Positions 9,856 to 19,572 of a stretch of DNA of 64,000 nucleotides are shown piece by piece (the stretch's first letter is position 1; every line of letters starts with the position of its first letter). Origin of the DNA: Candidatus Latescibacterota bacterium (GTDB lineage Bacteria; Latescibacterota; UBA2968; GCA-2709665). Position numbers and translations under genes: made by a program. The DNA lies in NCBI GenBank assembly GCA_965208835.1, contig OZ242358.1:2976001-3040000 (forward strand), in the 5' to 3' direction. The notes under the pieces are model-generated. The model was not told where the DNA came from, did not search any database, and saw only the letters and a list, made by a program, of their open reading frames with translations.

Positions 9856-10599
9856 ATGCGTTTACTTATCGTGATGTTGTGTCCGTTATTTGTCCCAACG
9901 CTAGTCTTCGGTGATCATCATTTTTCGGACCCGGTAATTGGACATATACCGATAACCCCGGTCACGCAAGCTGAACTCGATTCCATAGCACATGGTGATT
10001 GTCAGGCTTCAAGTCGCGTGATGGCTCGACTTGCTATCGTTTTGCAGGAAAAGGGCATTGAATCCGTTCGTGTGGCTGTTCCAGCCATACACGCTCACCT
10101 TTCGTCCATCATGGACAAAGAAGGACGGTCTGGTGAATGTGAAGTAGAATATGCCCTTGGACTGGCAGGATTCCTGGGGAGGATTGGAGACCCCAGATCC
10201 AGGTCGATTCTATTGACAGCGATTCGAAACAACATTGGGTCTGCGCACATTGGCTTGGCCAAAATGGATTCTGCAGTTGACAGCGTGATAACTTACCTGC
10301 AACACGATCAGTTACGGACACGCGGCACAGCGGGTCACACGCTGGTCAGAATGTACAGGAGTAAACCGTCTCTGTTTGGTGAATCACAGATCAAGTTGAT
10401 AAGACGGATGCTTTTGGAAAATATAGAACGATATGAGTATAAGGGCACATATTGCTTTGCCCTGGCGACGTTTGGCGATTCGACGGCCATACCTGTTTTG
10501 AGTCAAATTGCAAATAAAGATACATTAACCGGGTTAGGTGGAAGATTTCCAAATCGACGCATGGCGCGGTACGCGATTGATCAGATTCGTGCACGATAA
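9856..10599 (+). CDS. Secreted HEAT/PBS-lyase-like repeat protein
   Basis: RBS GAGGAGG, signal peptide, 'LGRIGDPRSRSIL' and 'ALATFGDSTAIPVL' HEAT-like motifs. Confidence 0.7.
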   Translation: MRLLIVMLCPLFVPTLVFGDHHFSDPVIGHIPITPVTQAELDSIAHGDCQASSRVMARLAIVLQEKGIESVRVAVPAIHAHLSSIMDKEGRSGECEVEYALGLAGFLGRIGDPRSRSILLTAIRNNIGSAHIGLAKMDSAVDSVITYLQHDQLRTRGTAGHTLVRMYRSKPSLFGESQIKLIRRMLLENIERYEYKGTYCFALATFGDSTAIPVLSQIANKDTLTGLGGRFPNRRMARYAIDQIRAR

Positions 10600-10609
10600 C
10601 AGTTCAACA

Positions 10610-11020
10610 GAACCGGCACCACGAGCACGGTGACGCGCTCGCACAATGATGTCAAAGGTCACAACCGAACGGGAGCCATCATCCGCGATGATGGCTCCCG
10701 TTTTTTTTTAGCGTATCCGCGGCGATGGAGGAGTTCGAGCAACTGCTCTTCTGCCGACGGTACCTCAATTTATGTTAATTGGAGTTGTGGAAATCCACAC
10801 CTGCGATTGGTCGGGTTATCGACTGACAAGCGGAATTGGTCGCAAAAATGGCATTTTTCATTAAAAAATCAACGAAATCAGCCGAAATTTCAAAATTAGA
10901 TCATCCAATAATTGTTATATTTCCTGGTAATAGAAAAACGAGGTATGGAAATCTTCAGAGGAGATTTACGGTCAGAGGAACACCAAACCGAGATTGTGGC
11001 TTCACCCTCGATCTGGAATC
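10610..11020 (+). repeat. Scaffold repeat R, copy 1 (terminator hairpin plus AT-rich promoter-like segment)
   Basis: Colinear diverged homology to 18216-18627. Contains hairpin 10668-10702 followed by a T9 run. Confidence 0.75.
10668..10709 (+). terminator. Rho-independent terminator
   Basis: AACGGGAGCCATCAT-ccgcg-ATGATGGCTCCCGTT followed by a T-run. Confidence 0.8.
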
Positions 11021-11146
11021 CTGACACCTGACGGAAAGTCGATCCGCTCTCCATCGGCACGCAGGGTTTCAGTCAGAGACAATACCGGTATTGGTCTGGT
11101 GATTGGATGTGAAACTCGCAATCGTTCGAGTCAAGAGGTGGCAGTG

Positions 11147-12202
11147 ATGAAAGGACTGATTGCTTTCCTTTGGGTGTTGAGTTCAAGTGCTCTTGGACAA
11201 GGTTCTTTTACTGTGAATTTGCCTATTTCCCACAATGAAAGACTCGGTGCGCCTGTACTGGCCGATATTGACGGAGACGGCGAACAGGAACTATGTGCCC
11301 GCGTCCGGAAATCAGACGACGGGCCTCGATGGCTGGTAGCATATGACCTGAAGTCAGGACGTGAAATGGGACGTATTCCAATTATCTATCGCGAATCATC
11401 TATCTATACTACGGATTTAGATGGCGATGGCGCTGAGGAGCTGGTAGCAATCAATTCTGTTATATGGGGCAACAGACCTGGATTCATCATCTATCGCTGG
11501 GAGCGAGGCAGGCTAACTCGCACTGAGTATGACTCGTTTTTGGGTGACGGTGGCCGCGTGGGTGATATCGACGGTGACGGTCGGGATGAGATTGTCTTTA
11601 ACCATCTGCCCCAGGGCTTTACGAATTCCGGTGGGACAGGACCGGTAGAGATTCAGGCTATTTCCTGGAATGGCGTAACTTTCGATCTGAAGGCCCGAAC
11701 TGCTTTACCGCAAACATATCTCCAAATGCATGTGGGTGACTTAAATGGGAACGGCAGGGCTGAGATCACGATATTGCGTTCCGGTTACAAGCGTCCGGGT
11801 CTATCCGTTTTTGGTTACACACACAGTCGAGATCTAACACTCCTGGATGAGTGGGAATCTTCAAGGGTCTATAACGATAATATGACTCGATTGTGGAGTG
11901 AACCGCTCCCAGGTAACAGGCAACGGATTATTATCCCTATCCCGGAACAATATTGGGAAGGTATGAATGGTCAGGCACGCATACAGTTTTTCGGGTTCCA
12001 ATTAACGCCACAAGGGATACTTCACGAACCGGAGCTAATCTTGTTTGATGAATATCGAGATCACACGCACCATGGCTCATTACCCTTAGTCCTCCGACCG
12101 GATTTTCAGCGGATCGACATTGACAGGGATGGCCGAGCGGAGGTATTGAATTTCGCGAATCGCCGCATCAGGCTTATTCGGCAGATGGGACCAACGCGCT
12201 AG
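11147..12202 (+). CDS. Secreted FG-GAP/VCBS repeat protein (paralogue 1)
   Basis: Signal peptide MKGLIAFLWVLSSSALG; five D-x-(D/N)-x-(D/N)-G-x-x-E motifs. Confidence 0.85.
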   Translation: MKGLIAFLWVLSSSALGQGSFTVNLPISHNERLGAPVLADIDGDGEQELCARVRKSDDGPRWLVAYDLKSGREMGRIPIIYRESSIYTTDLDGDGAEELVAINSVIWGNRPGFIIYRWERGRLTRTEYDSFLGDGGRVGDIDGDGRDEIVFNHLPQGFTNSGGTGPVEIQAISWNGVTFDLKARTALPQTYLQMHVGDLNGNGRAEITILRSGYKRPGLSVFGYTHSRDLTLLDEWESSRVYNDNMTRLWSEPLPGNRQRIIIPIPEQYWEGMNGQARIQFFGFQLTPQGILHEPELILFDEYRDHTHHGSLPLVLRPDFQRIDIDRDGRAEVLNFANRRIRLIRQMGPTR

Positions 12203-12333
12203 CAGTTCTCTCCGTACGATAAATCTGCCCCGGGCGCATAGTCCCGGGGCTTTGACATGTCGCCGAGCGCTGCATATTCATCCAATACGTACCTTGACCC
12301 TGCGAAAATTGAAAAAAACAGTGGAGTGCTATT

Positions 12334-13338
12334 GTGAGGTTTTAAGTTCTTGTAACCGGCCTCATCCTGGGTGCATTGCAACTGACATCTGCCCAAGTGC
12401 GAACCTTTACGGGTCCGGAACTCAAGGGCATTCGCAAGGCAGTGTTAGAGCAATTGCCAAACGGAACAGAACGGGTGATCGGTTTTTGGAAATATCAACT
12501 TACACCTGTTCACACGGGAGGCGTCATTGCAATAGATATTGTAAACGGACAACTCAAAAAGGTGTGGGAAGATAACGAGACCTTTTCCAGCACTAACAGC
12601 TATGATGCCAATGACTTAAATGGGGATGGTCGGTTAGATTTCGTCGTGGCTGGAATCGGCCTTGCTGAGTTAGGGGATAGGCTTTCCCGTTACTTTGCGA
12701 TTTATCTGAGCGAAGGGTCAGATCAGTATCAAAGGCACATTGTCCCTCGCGAAACCTTAACGCATCACATTGCAATAGGCGACATTGACGGCGATCGACA
12801 GAACGAAGTTGTGTTCACAGAACAATATGATTCCTATTCCGATTCTGAAGAAATGGGATGGCTTGAACTGGAAATGAAAATTGGCCGATGGCAGAACGGT
12901 ATTTTTCACGTTCAGGGAACAGGGGTCACACTCGACTCAGGGGATCACTGGTTTCAATTGATCCTTGGCGACATTGACAACGACGGCAGAGATGAGGCCC
13001 TCATTCACCAGGACGATAGCGATAACGATTTGGGTCGGTCGGTATTGGTCTATGATCTTGACGGCCGCGTGGCACTGGCTCACACGCTGGGAAATTTGGA
13101 CAATAGCCTTACACCAATTCCAAAACTGTCGGTTAGTAAAGGCCAACTACTACAGTTCGAATCAGGAAGCATAAACCCAACGGTTCTCCCTCTCGGTAGC
13201 GGCTTCTCCAAGATAGCTCCAATAGAGTTACCGGAAACCGACTTGGCTAATTGGGAGCCCGTACAGGTATCTACAAATCTGATCCTTAGCCAGCCGCGTG
13301 ATTCCAATAGTAATGAGCGACAGCTTATTCTCTACTAG
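12334..13338 (+). pseudogene. FG-GAP repeat protein (paralogue 2) with an in-frame stop at codon 4 of its signal peptide
   Basis: RBS GGAG, then GTG AGG TTT TAA GTT CTT GTA... in frame with the 12376-13338 ORF (MRF*VLVTGLILGALQLTSAQ). Motifs DLNGDGRLD, DIDGDRQNE, DIDNDGRDE. Confidence 0.65.
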
Positions 13339-13342
13339 CTGA

Positions 13343-13525
13343 TCGAGCAGACCTGGCCCGTATGCACATCCAGGATGCGTGGACCGGCGCCAAAATCCAC
13401 GCGCGCAACGTCGCCGGGAGAGAAACCCAGAACCGTCGTGACCCGCGGATGGGTCTGTTCCAACCCCTGCAGAAAACGGCGGATGGATGAGTAACTGCCG
13501 GAAGAACCGTACTTGCGAACCAGCG
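13343..13525 (-). mobile_element. IS21-family istA internal fragment
   Basis: Translates to 'LVRKYG..GSYSSIRRFLQGLEQTHPRVTTVLGFSPGDVARVDFGAGP', matching the IS21 'GSYSSV.RF...PGE.AQVDFG' region. Confidence 0.75.
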
Positions 13526-13775
13526 TGTTAATCATCGCCCACATGCAGCCATTTCAGGATCGGCTTAATCAGGCCAGTTGAAGATCGGCCCAATTGGGCC
13601 ACCTGAGATACGATTGAGGTTTCGGACTTTCCGGAAACGTCTCTACCTTATGAGTGTCTCCCCGACAATCAGGACGGAAACACATGGCAAACCGGAGTTT
13701 CGAGATCATTCAGTGTCGCCAGGTATTGGCGCAAATGCGGTTGGGCGAGTCGGGTCGTGCGATTCCCCGTTTCGA
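13526..13775 (+). mobile_element. IS21-family left end and decayed istA 5' end
   Basis: TGTTAATCATCG terminus with reiterated GGCCA...GATCG boxes, then ATGGCAAACCGGAG... (MANR.FE....RQVL..MRLGES.RAI). Confidence 0.7.
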
Positions 13776-13790
13776 AAATGGGACGTCGGA

Positions 13791-14873
13791 ATGAAACTGC
13801 TCATCGCAATTGTTGCCTTGTGGCCGACAATTGTCTTTTCTCAGGCCTCCTTTCTCTATTCTGTTAGCCCAGGAGAGCGTATTCAGGAGACCTTTCTCGC
13901 GGACTTCAGGGGAACTGGCCAACAGCAAGTGTTGATGAGAGTGTGGGAGCGCGAAACCCATACACCATATCTTGTTATTTTTGATGTTACAACACGGCAG
14001 GAAGTGGGCAAGTTCGCGATAAACCTGCGCAACCCGAGCGGTTGGCTCAAAGCCGATTTGAACGGCGACAAAGTTTCAGAACTCGTAATTGTCAATGAAA
14101 TATACGACAGTTCAACAAGTGTGGACAATCCAGGCTTGGTTGTCTATCAGTGGAAGGACAACATTCTTAGGCAGACAGAAGTTTCAGACTTTTCTGGCAT
14201 ATGGGGACAAACCGGAGATGTGACCGGCGACGGGCGAGACGAAGTTATCCTCTGTTCCCTGCCAATAGGTCATACAAACCCCGGCGGGACTGGCCCAATA
14301 GATATTGAGGTACTGTCATGGAACGGGCGAGACTTCGAACTAATTACCAAGACGAGTATGCGAGAAACCTATCTTCGAACAAAAGTTATCGACCTTAACG
14401 CCGACGGTCGAGATGAAATCGTGGCATTTAGATCCGGTCAGTGGGACGAGGACTACACTGTTGAATTGGACCCACAGCTGGGTGTCTATCGGTATAATGA
14501 AACTTCAGAGTTGGAGCTTATCGACGAAGTTACGTTTCCAGTGGTCCAAGACTGCAATTTAAATCGCCTATGGACTCAGCCATTGGAAAACGGTGAGCAT
14601 CGCATTGTCATTCCACTCCCGGTAGAGTTCACAGAGGATCGAAACGATTGGCCGATTCTTCGTTATCAGGGTTTTCGACTGGAAGAAAACCAGTTAATGC
14701 TTGAAACGGAATTGCTGTCGTTTGAATGGGACGATTACAATAAAGCTCCCTTAACCTATCCTCCCGCGCCAGCAATGACCTTGCGTGCCAGCGATGGTTC
14801 ATCGGAGGTTATACAAGTTGAAGATAGACGACAGCTAAATCTGAAAGAGTTGCCTTCGGCACTTCCCAAGTAG
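13791..14873 (+). CDS. Secreted FG-GAP/VCBS repeat protein (paralogue 3)
   Basis: Signal peptide MKLLIAIVALWPTIVFS; DLNGDKVSE, DVTGDGRDE, DLNADGRDE. Confidence 0.85.
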   Translation: MKLLIAIVALWPTIVFSQASFLYSVSPGERIQETFLADFRGTGQQQVLMRVWERETHTPYLVIFDVTTRQEVGKFAINLRNPSGWLKADLNGDKVSELVIVNEIYDSSTSVDNPGLVVYQWKDNILRQTEVSDFSGIWGQTGDVTGDGRDEVILCSLPIGHTNPGGTGPIDIEVLSWNGRDFELITKTSMRETYLRTKVIDLNADGRDEIVAFRSGQWDEDYTVELDPQLGVYRYNETSELELIDEVTFPVVQDCNLNRLWTQPLENGEHRIVIPLPVEFTEDRNDWPILRYQGFRLEENQLMLETELLSFEWDDYNKAPLTYPPAPAMTLRASDGSSEVIQVEDRRQLNLKELPSALPK

Positions 14874-14947
14874 AATGGCCAGCGGAACAACAGTTGCCCT
14901 GCTTATTTTGGATCCACAAGCCTTGGAATTGTCTTTAGTCACCGCTT

Positions 14948-15075
14948 TGTTATTGATCGCCCATATCCGCGGCCACTGCAGGATCGCTTTAGTCAGGCCT
15001 GTCGAAGATCGCCCTAATGCGGCCATTGTATGATCGGCTGAACAGGCCACCCAGTGGCCTAAGGCGGTTCGGGTC
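14948..15075 (+). mobile_element. Isolated IS21-family terminal-repeat segment
   Basis: TGTTATTGATCG...GCGGCCACTGCAGGATCG...GAAGATCG...TGATCGGCTGAACAGGCCAC. Shares boxes with the 13526, 17678 and 19573 copies. Confidence 0.6.
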
Positions 15076-15190
15076 GCCGGCAGGGCCGCGCGCTATGTGA
15101 GGGAACATATCTATCCAGCTGTCCCGACCTATGTACCGTGGAAACAGACAATTGCTCACGGCGGAGTTCCAAAGATAAAGTAGGCTATGT

Positions 15191-16237
15191 ATGAAACTCT
15201 CAACTCTGCTGCTGTTGTTACCGACGGCTGTCTTTGGTCAACAGTCGCTTTATTCTGTAGATCCCAGTGAAAGATTAAGCCCCCGAATTATCCCCATTGC
15301 TGATTTTAGTGGAGATGGGCAGGATGAATTGCAACTCCAGATATATAATCGAGAAACAGACAAGCACCGTCTTGTATTCCTTGATGCTCATACCTACCAA
15401 GAAAAGGCTGTCTATCACATCGGTTTGCGATTTGGTTATGGGGTAACGTCGGGAGATATTGACGGGGACGGCATCACAGAAACAATTATTATCCCCGAAG
15501 TTGATACCGTTCGCCCTCGGCGCGGCCAACCGGGTCTTGTGATCGTGCGCAAAGTTGGTGAGGGTTTTCTACGAACTGAGTTCACTGAGTTTTGGGGCGT
15601 TTGGGGAAACGTGGGCGACTTGAACGGTAACGGACGGGACGAGTTAATATTGTTTGGTTTTCCTCGGGGGATGACCAACTTAGGGGGGACCGGGCCCATA
15701 GATATACAGGTGTTTGAGTGGAACGGTTCCGGCTTTGACCTGACTTCGGTCGTGTCGTTACCGGTGATGTATTTAAAGACTGAAATTAAGGACTTGGATG
15801 GTGACCAACGCGCCGAACTTATCGTACTGAAGTCCGGTGGCCGGGACAATGGCGTTTTATCACCACGTCGGTTAGCTATTTACTCCTTTACAGATGACTC
15901 CCAACTAACGCTTACAGATGAAGTCATCGTCTCAACCCAGTATGAAGACAATATGACTTTGATGTGGACACAACCCACAGGGGAGGACAAACGACGCGTC
16001 ATTGTTCCAATTCCTGAAAAATGGGAAAGTCATATGGACGATATGCGAATACTCCATTATGAAGGGTATCAGTTTGTGGACAAGCGGTTGGTTTTGGAGT
16101 CAGAACACTTGCCCTTCAAATGGAAGTATTATAACGATGCTCCATTGTCCCTGCACAACCATCTTGCCGGACTGGAAATAAAGGATTACCAACACCTGCA
16201 GCCTGGAAAGAGACTACCCGATCTACTACCACGTTGA
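15191..16237 (+). CDS. Secreted FG-GAP/VCBS repeat protein (paralogue 4)
   Basis: Signal peptide MKLSTLLLLLPTAVFG; DFSGDGQDE, DIDGDGITE, DLNGNGRDE, DLDGDQRAE. Confidence 0.85.
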   Translation: MKLSTLLLLLPTAVFGQQSLYSVDPSERLSPRIIPIADFSGDGQDELQLQIYNRETDKHRLVFLDAHTYQEKAVYHIGLRFGYGVTSGDIDGDGITETIIIPEVDTVRPRRGQPGLVIVRKVGEGFLRTEFTEFWGVWGNVGDLNGNGRDELILFGFPRGMTNLGGTGPIDIQVFEWNGSGFDLTSVVSLPVMYLKTEIKDLDGDQRAELIVLKSGGRDNGVLSPRRLAIYSFTDDSQLTLTDEVIVSTQYEDNMTLMWTQPTGEDKRRVIVPIPEKWESHMDDMRILHYEGYQFVDKRLVLESEHLPFKWKYYNDAPLSLHNHLAGLEIKDYQHLQPGKRLPDLLPR

Positions 16238-16256
16238 ACCATGACAAAGACCCAGG

Positions 16257-16341
16257 TCGAGCAGACCTGACCCGTATGCACGCCCTGGATGCGCGGACCG
16301 GCGCCAAAGTCCATCTGCGCGCCGTCGCCCGGAGAGAAACC
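16257..16341 (-). mobile_element. Second copy of the IS21 istA internal fragment
   Basis: Ungapped match to 13343-13427 (73/85 nt by manual count), with the same left breakpoint. Confidence 0.75.
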
Positions 16342-16346
16342 TGGAA

Positions 16347-16440
16347 CCGGCGCGTTATGTCTTCCTTACACGATCTGAGGGATCGGTCTTTCGATGAGTG
16401 GAACAAGGTGAACAAGGCGGACGGGAAATGCATTGAATGA
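16347..16440 (+). pseudogene. Orphan 3' end of gene X (9262-9786)
   Basis: Ungapped match to 9693-9786 (74/94 nt by manual count); RRVMSSLHDL..EW.KVNK.DGKC.E*. Confidence 0.75.
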
Positions 16441-16474
16441 CTGTTTTACCTGTTGTCAGAAGGAGGCCAATACG

Positions 16475-17560
16475 ATGACCACGGATGTTGGAAGCCTAAG
16501 AAAAAAACTGGACGACTTCATGGCCCTGGTAGACGGCGACCACTCGATTACTGATGATGGTCCGCTTCGAGAAGTATGCCGAGACGTTGAAGCTTTGTTG
16601 TCAAAGGGTCTGTCTCCGGAACTCGTACATCTTGCGGATCGCGTTTTCAGGTATCTCGGACAAGAAGGTCTCAAGAAACGCATACCATTTCATCGAGAAT
16701 ACATGGAAGTCGCCCCTGACCCTGATGAGCGCTTCTGGTCTCATTGGCATCTTGTTGATTCGCTTGCAGTACTGCGCCTCAACCCCGAAGCCGTGGAGGA
16801 ACAAATCAAGCTCTATCGATGGACCTGTGAGAACCAGTCGGATGAACACATTCTGAGAGCCCTCGAGGATACAACCCAGGCGCGGTGTTGGCTCATGGAG
16901 GGTCGGATTGATGAATGGTACGAACTCTATGAGGAAGCGTCAAATCGATTGGAAAGTCCAGACGTAAGTCATTACTGGCGTTGTAACTTCCTCCGTGCGG
17001 GGGCAGCCGTCTATGCATTGGCTGACAACCTGGACAAGGCCTTGATTGAGCTCTCGAAGCTTGACGCCTGTATTCAAAATAAGGCCCACTGGAAGCACTA
17101 TCGAGTTTTCTGGCTGGCAAGCGTAACAAGCCGGCTGGAAATCTTCCGTAAACAGAAGAAGTGGGGCGAGTTCGATCTCACTGCTAAAAACGGAGTCTCG
17201 TTTGTGGAAGTTGAATTGGAGAAGTTGACGGTTGGGAAACTAACCGATGTCGGTACATTGGCGTGGGTTGCCCATGATCTTGGATGTTGTATGTTTTGGG
17301 CTGAAAGGTACGAGGCAGCTGAGAGCCTCCTGCAGGCGGCGATAAGCGCTAAAGATGATGCAGGGCACCATTTCTTTCTTTCGGCTTGCATATGGGCTGG
17401 GAGAAAGGACCGCAAACAAACGCTTTTCCATTTGAGAACTGCGCAGAGTTTCATACGAAATTCCCTCAACCGAGGACGATACTACCATTACTTCCTTGAA
17501 ACACCGGAGTTTTCGGATGTATGGGAAGATACGGAATTCCTGGCCGCTCTCGGACACTGA
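16475..17560 (+). CDS. All-helical TPR-like hypothetical protein
   Basis: RBS AGGAGG at 16461; helical repeats such as 'AHDLGCCMFWAERYEAAESLLQAAI'; no signal peptide. Confidence 0.65.
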   Translation: MTTDVGSLRKKLDDFMALVDGDHSITDDGPLREVCRDVEALLSKGLSPELVHLADRVFRYLGQEGLKKRIPFHREYMEVAPDPDERFWSHWHLVDSLAVLRLNPEAVEEQIKLYRWTCENQSDEHILRALEDTTQARCWLMEGRIDEWYELYEEASNRLESPDVSHYWRCNFLRAGAAVYALADNLDKALIELSKLDACIQNKAHWKHYRVFWLASVTSRLEIFRKQKKWGEFDLTAKNGVSFVEVELEKLTVGKLTDVGTLAWVAHDLGCCMFWAERYEAAESLLQAAISAKDDAGHHFFLSACIWAGRKDRKQTLFHLRTAQSFIRNSLNRGRYYHYFLETPEFSDVWEDTEFLAALGH

Positions 17561-17677
17561 TGGCTGTCCTGCCAGCGAACTGCTGAAAAAGACAAATAAC
17601 TCGGTCCTTCTCCAATTTTTGCGAATATCCTATCTGGTAGGCTTTGACGAAATAAATCAGAATTGTCGGGCTCCAGA

Positions 17678-18135
17678 TGCCAATTATCGCCAAAATTGCG
17701 GCCACTGCAGGATCGTCTTAATCAGGCCAGTTGAAGATCGACCTAATCCCGCCGCCTGGGATACGATTAAGGTTTCGGACTCTCCGGCAACGTATCTACC
17801 TTCTGAGTGTCACCCCGACAGTTAGGAGGGAAACACACGGCAAACCGGAGGTTCGAGATGTATCGGTATCGCCAGGTATTGACGCGTATGCGGTTGGGCG
17901 GGTCTGATCGTGCGATCGACCGTTCAGGGATGAAGGGCCGTCAGAAGGCCCGCGCCTGACCGGGTGCGGACGCGTCGGCGCTTCTTCAATTGGCATGCAG
18001 TGAGAGTTAGTTGGAGGCTTCCAGCGCATTGCCCGATGATGCGACTCTGGCGCAGGTTCTGCAGGTTCCTCGGTCGTGGCCTCCGTCGGCGTCGTGAGTC
18101 CAAGCCTACATGGACAATGTCGTGTCCTTGTGACG
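17678..18135 (+). mobile_element. IS21-family left end and frameshifted istA 5' pseudogene
   Basis: Homologous to 13526-13775. Reads ANRRFEMYRYRQVLTRMRLG.SDRAI.RSG then ...WLEASSALPDDATLAQVL; start codon is ACG and there are stops. Confidence 0.75.
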
Positions 18136-18215
18136 TCAGATCCATGGACGGCGTAAGGAGGTTTGTCAGAAACGAACAGACGCTCACCCCCCCTTTTTCA
18201 GGGATCGTTTCAAGC

Positions 18216-18627
18216 GAACCGGCGCGACGAGGAGTTGACGCGCTTACAAAGAGAAGCCAAAAGTAACAACCGAACGGGAGGCATCATCGCGGATGATGCC
18301 TCCCGTTTTCTGTCGCCGGAACGGTGGCGATGGAGGAGTTCGAGGAACCGCTCTCTTTTGGACGCAAACTTGATTCGCGTCCGTTGGAGTCCCGGCAATC
18401 CACAGCTGTGCTTGGTCGGGTCATCGACTGACAAACGATTGTTGTCCTAAGAATGCAACTCTTCATCATAAATTCATCAATTTCATTCGAAATTTCAACT
18501 ATAGTTCATCAAATATTAGTTATATTTGGTACCAGACGACAAAGGATGCATCGTAATTCATGGACAGAATGACGGTTTAATGCGCATCAGGTCGAATTCG
18601 CGGCTTCTTCGCCTTCGATATGGTTCC
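18216..18627 (+). repeat. Scaffold repeat R, copy 2
   Basis: Diverged copy of 10610-11020 with hairpin 18273-18307. Confidence 0.75.
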
Positions 18628-18820
18628 TATAGCACCTTAGGGGACCTCGACTTGCGAATGGAGGCACATACGGGATACGGAAGCAGATAGTCCATGCAGA
18701 GGAAAATGCGGAATCTGAAATTGACTTGATACCCAAAACCTCGCGCCGAATGCTCAGCGATGGAGTGTCTGTCCTGGGCCCTGTGACTTCACGTCCTAAA
18801 CCTATGTATGGAGCTAAGGT

Positions 18821-19351
18821 ATGTTCACCAATCGGAACCTTAAGGTCACCCTGATGATACTCTCAATATTGGTGCTCGTATTTATTCTGTGGTTACTGGG
18901 CACGGTTGCCTGGAAAATATCCACGTTGGAACTCGCACCCTTTTCACCAACAAGAGCTGTTGTGGGGATACTAAAGGGTTCGGCCAATGATGAAAACGGA
19001 GAAAAAGCCCGCTTAAAAGACGAAATAGACATCCTCAAATCCGAACTTGCCTACCTGTATAGCGACTCCGGGAGTATCGAGGAAAAGAAAAGAGCTATTA
19101 GAGACCTAATTGACATCCAAGCAGAATACAAAGAACATTGGCTTACCGTGATGGGGCAAATCAAGGATGAATTGAAAAGAATCGAGAAGATCGAACTCAA
19201 TAGAAAAAGTTACTCGTTTCAAAAATTATCAACGGGTATGGGCAGGCAAATGGTACACACGGCGAAGATCCAGAAACATACTGGCGAATTATACAACACA
19301 CTCAAATTCTCGAGGCAGAGAATAAATCAGATTCTGAAGGGTGAGAAATAG
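18821..19351 (+). CDS. Membrane-anchored coiled-coil hypothetical protein
   Basis: RBS GGAG; one N-terminal TM helix followed by a heptad-rich K/E region. Confidence 0.65.
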   Translation: MFTNRNLKVTLMILSILVLVFILWLLGTVAWKISTLELAPFSPTRAVVGILKGSANDENGEKARLKDEIDILKSELAYLYSDSGSIEEKKRAIRDLIDIQAEYKEHWLTVMGQIKDELKRIEKIELNRKSYSFQKLSTGMGRQMVHTAKIQKHTGELYNTLKFSRQRINQILKGEK

Positions 19352-19572
19352 GTCAACGGAAACTAAACGAGGGGGTGCGGGAACCCCCTGGGCTTTGAAA
19401 TATGGAAGTATAAAATCACTTGTCCGGGTAACCCTACGTGCCAATATAGAGTGAGGCAACTCCCCCTCCGAGTCTAATGTCGAAAATCGGGAAGAGAGGA
19501 GAGCACGAGGTTCGGGCAAGAACCGATATCTGTATAGCAAAGCTCGCTCCCGTCCACTCGTTGGGTGTCGAT

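Noticed and set aside
13526-15075. CRISPR-like short repeats (GGCCA...GATCG)
   Set aside because: They are degenerate, closely spaced, lack unique spacers and cas genes, and lead into an istA start, as expected for IS21 terminal boxes.
9693-16440. Diversity-generating retroelement TR/VR pair (gene X 3' end and its copy)
   Set aside because: Mismatches are not confined to adenines in either copy, and no reverse transcriptase is present in the window.
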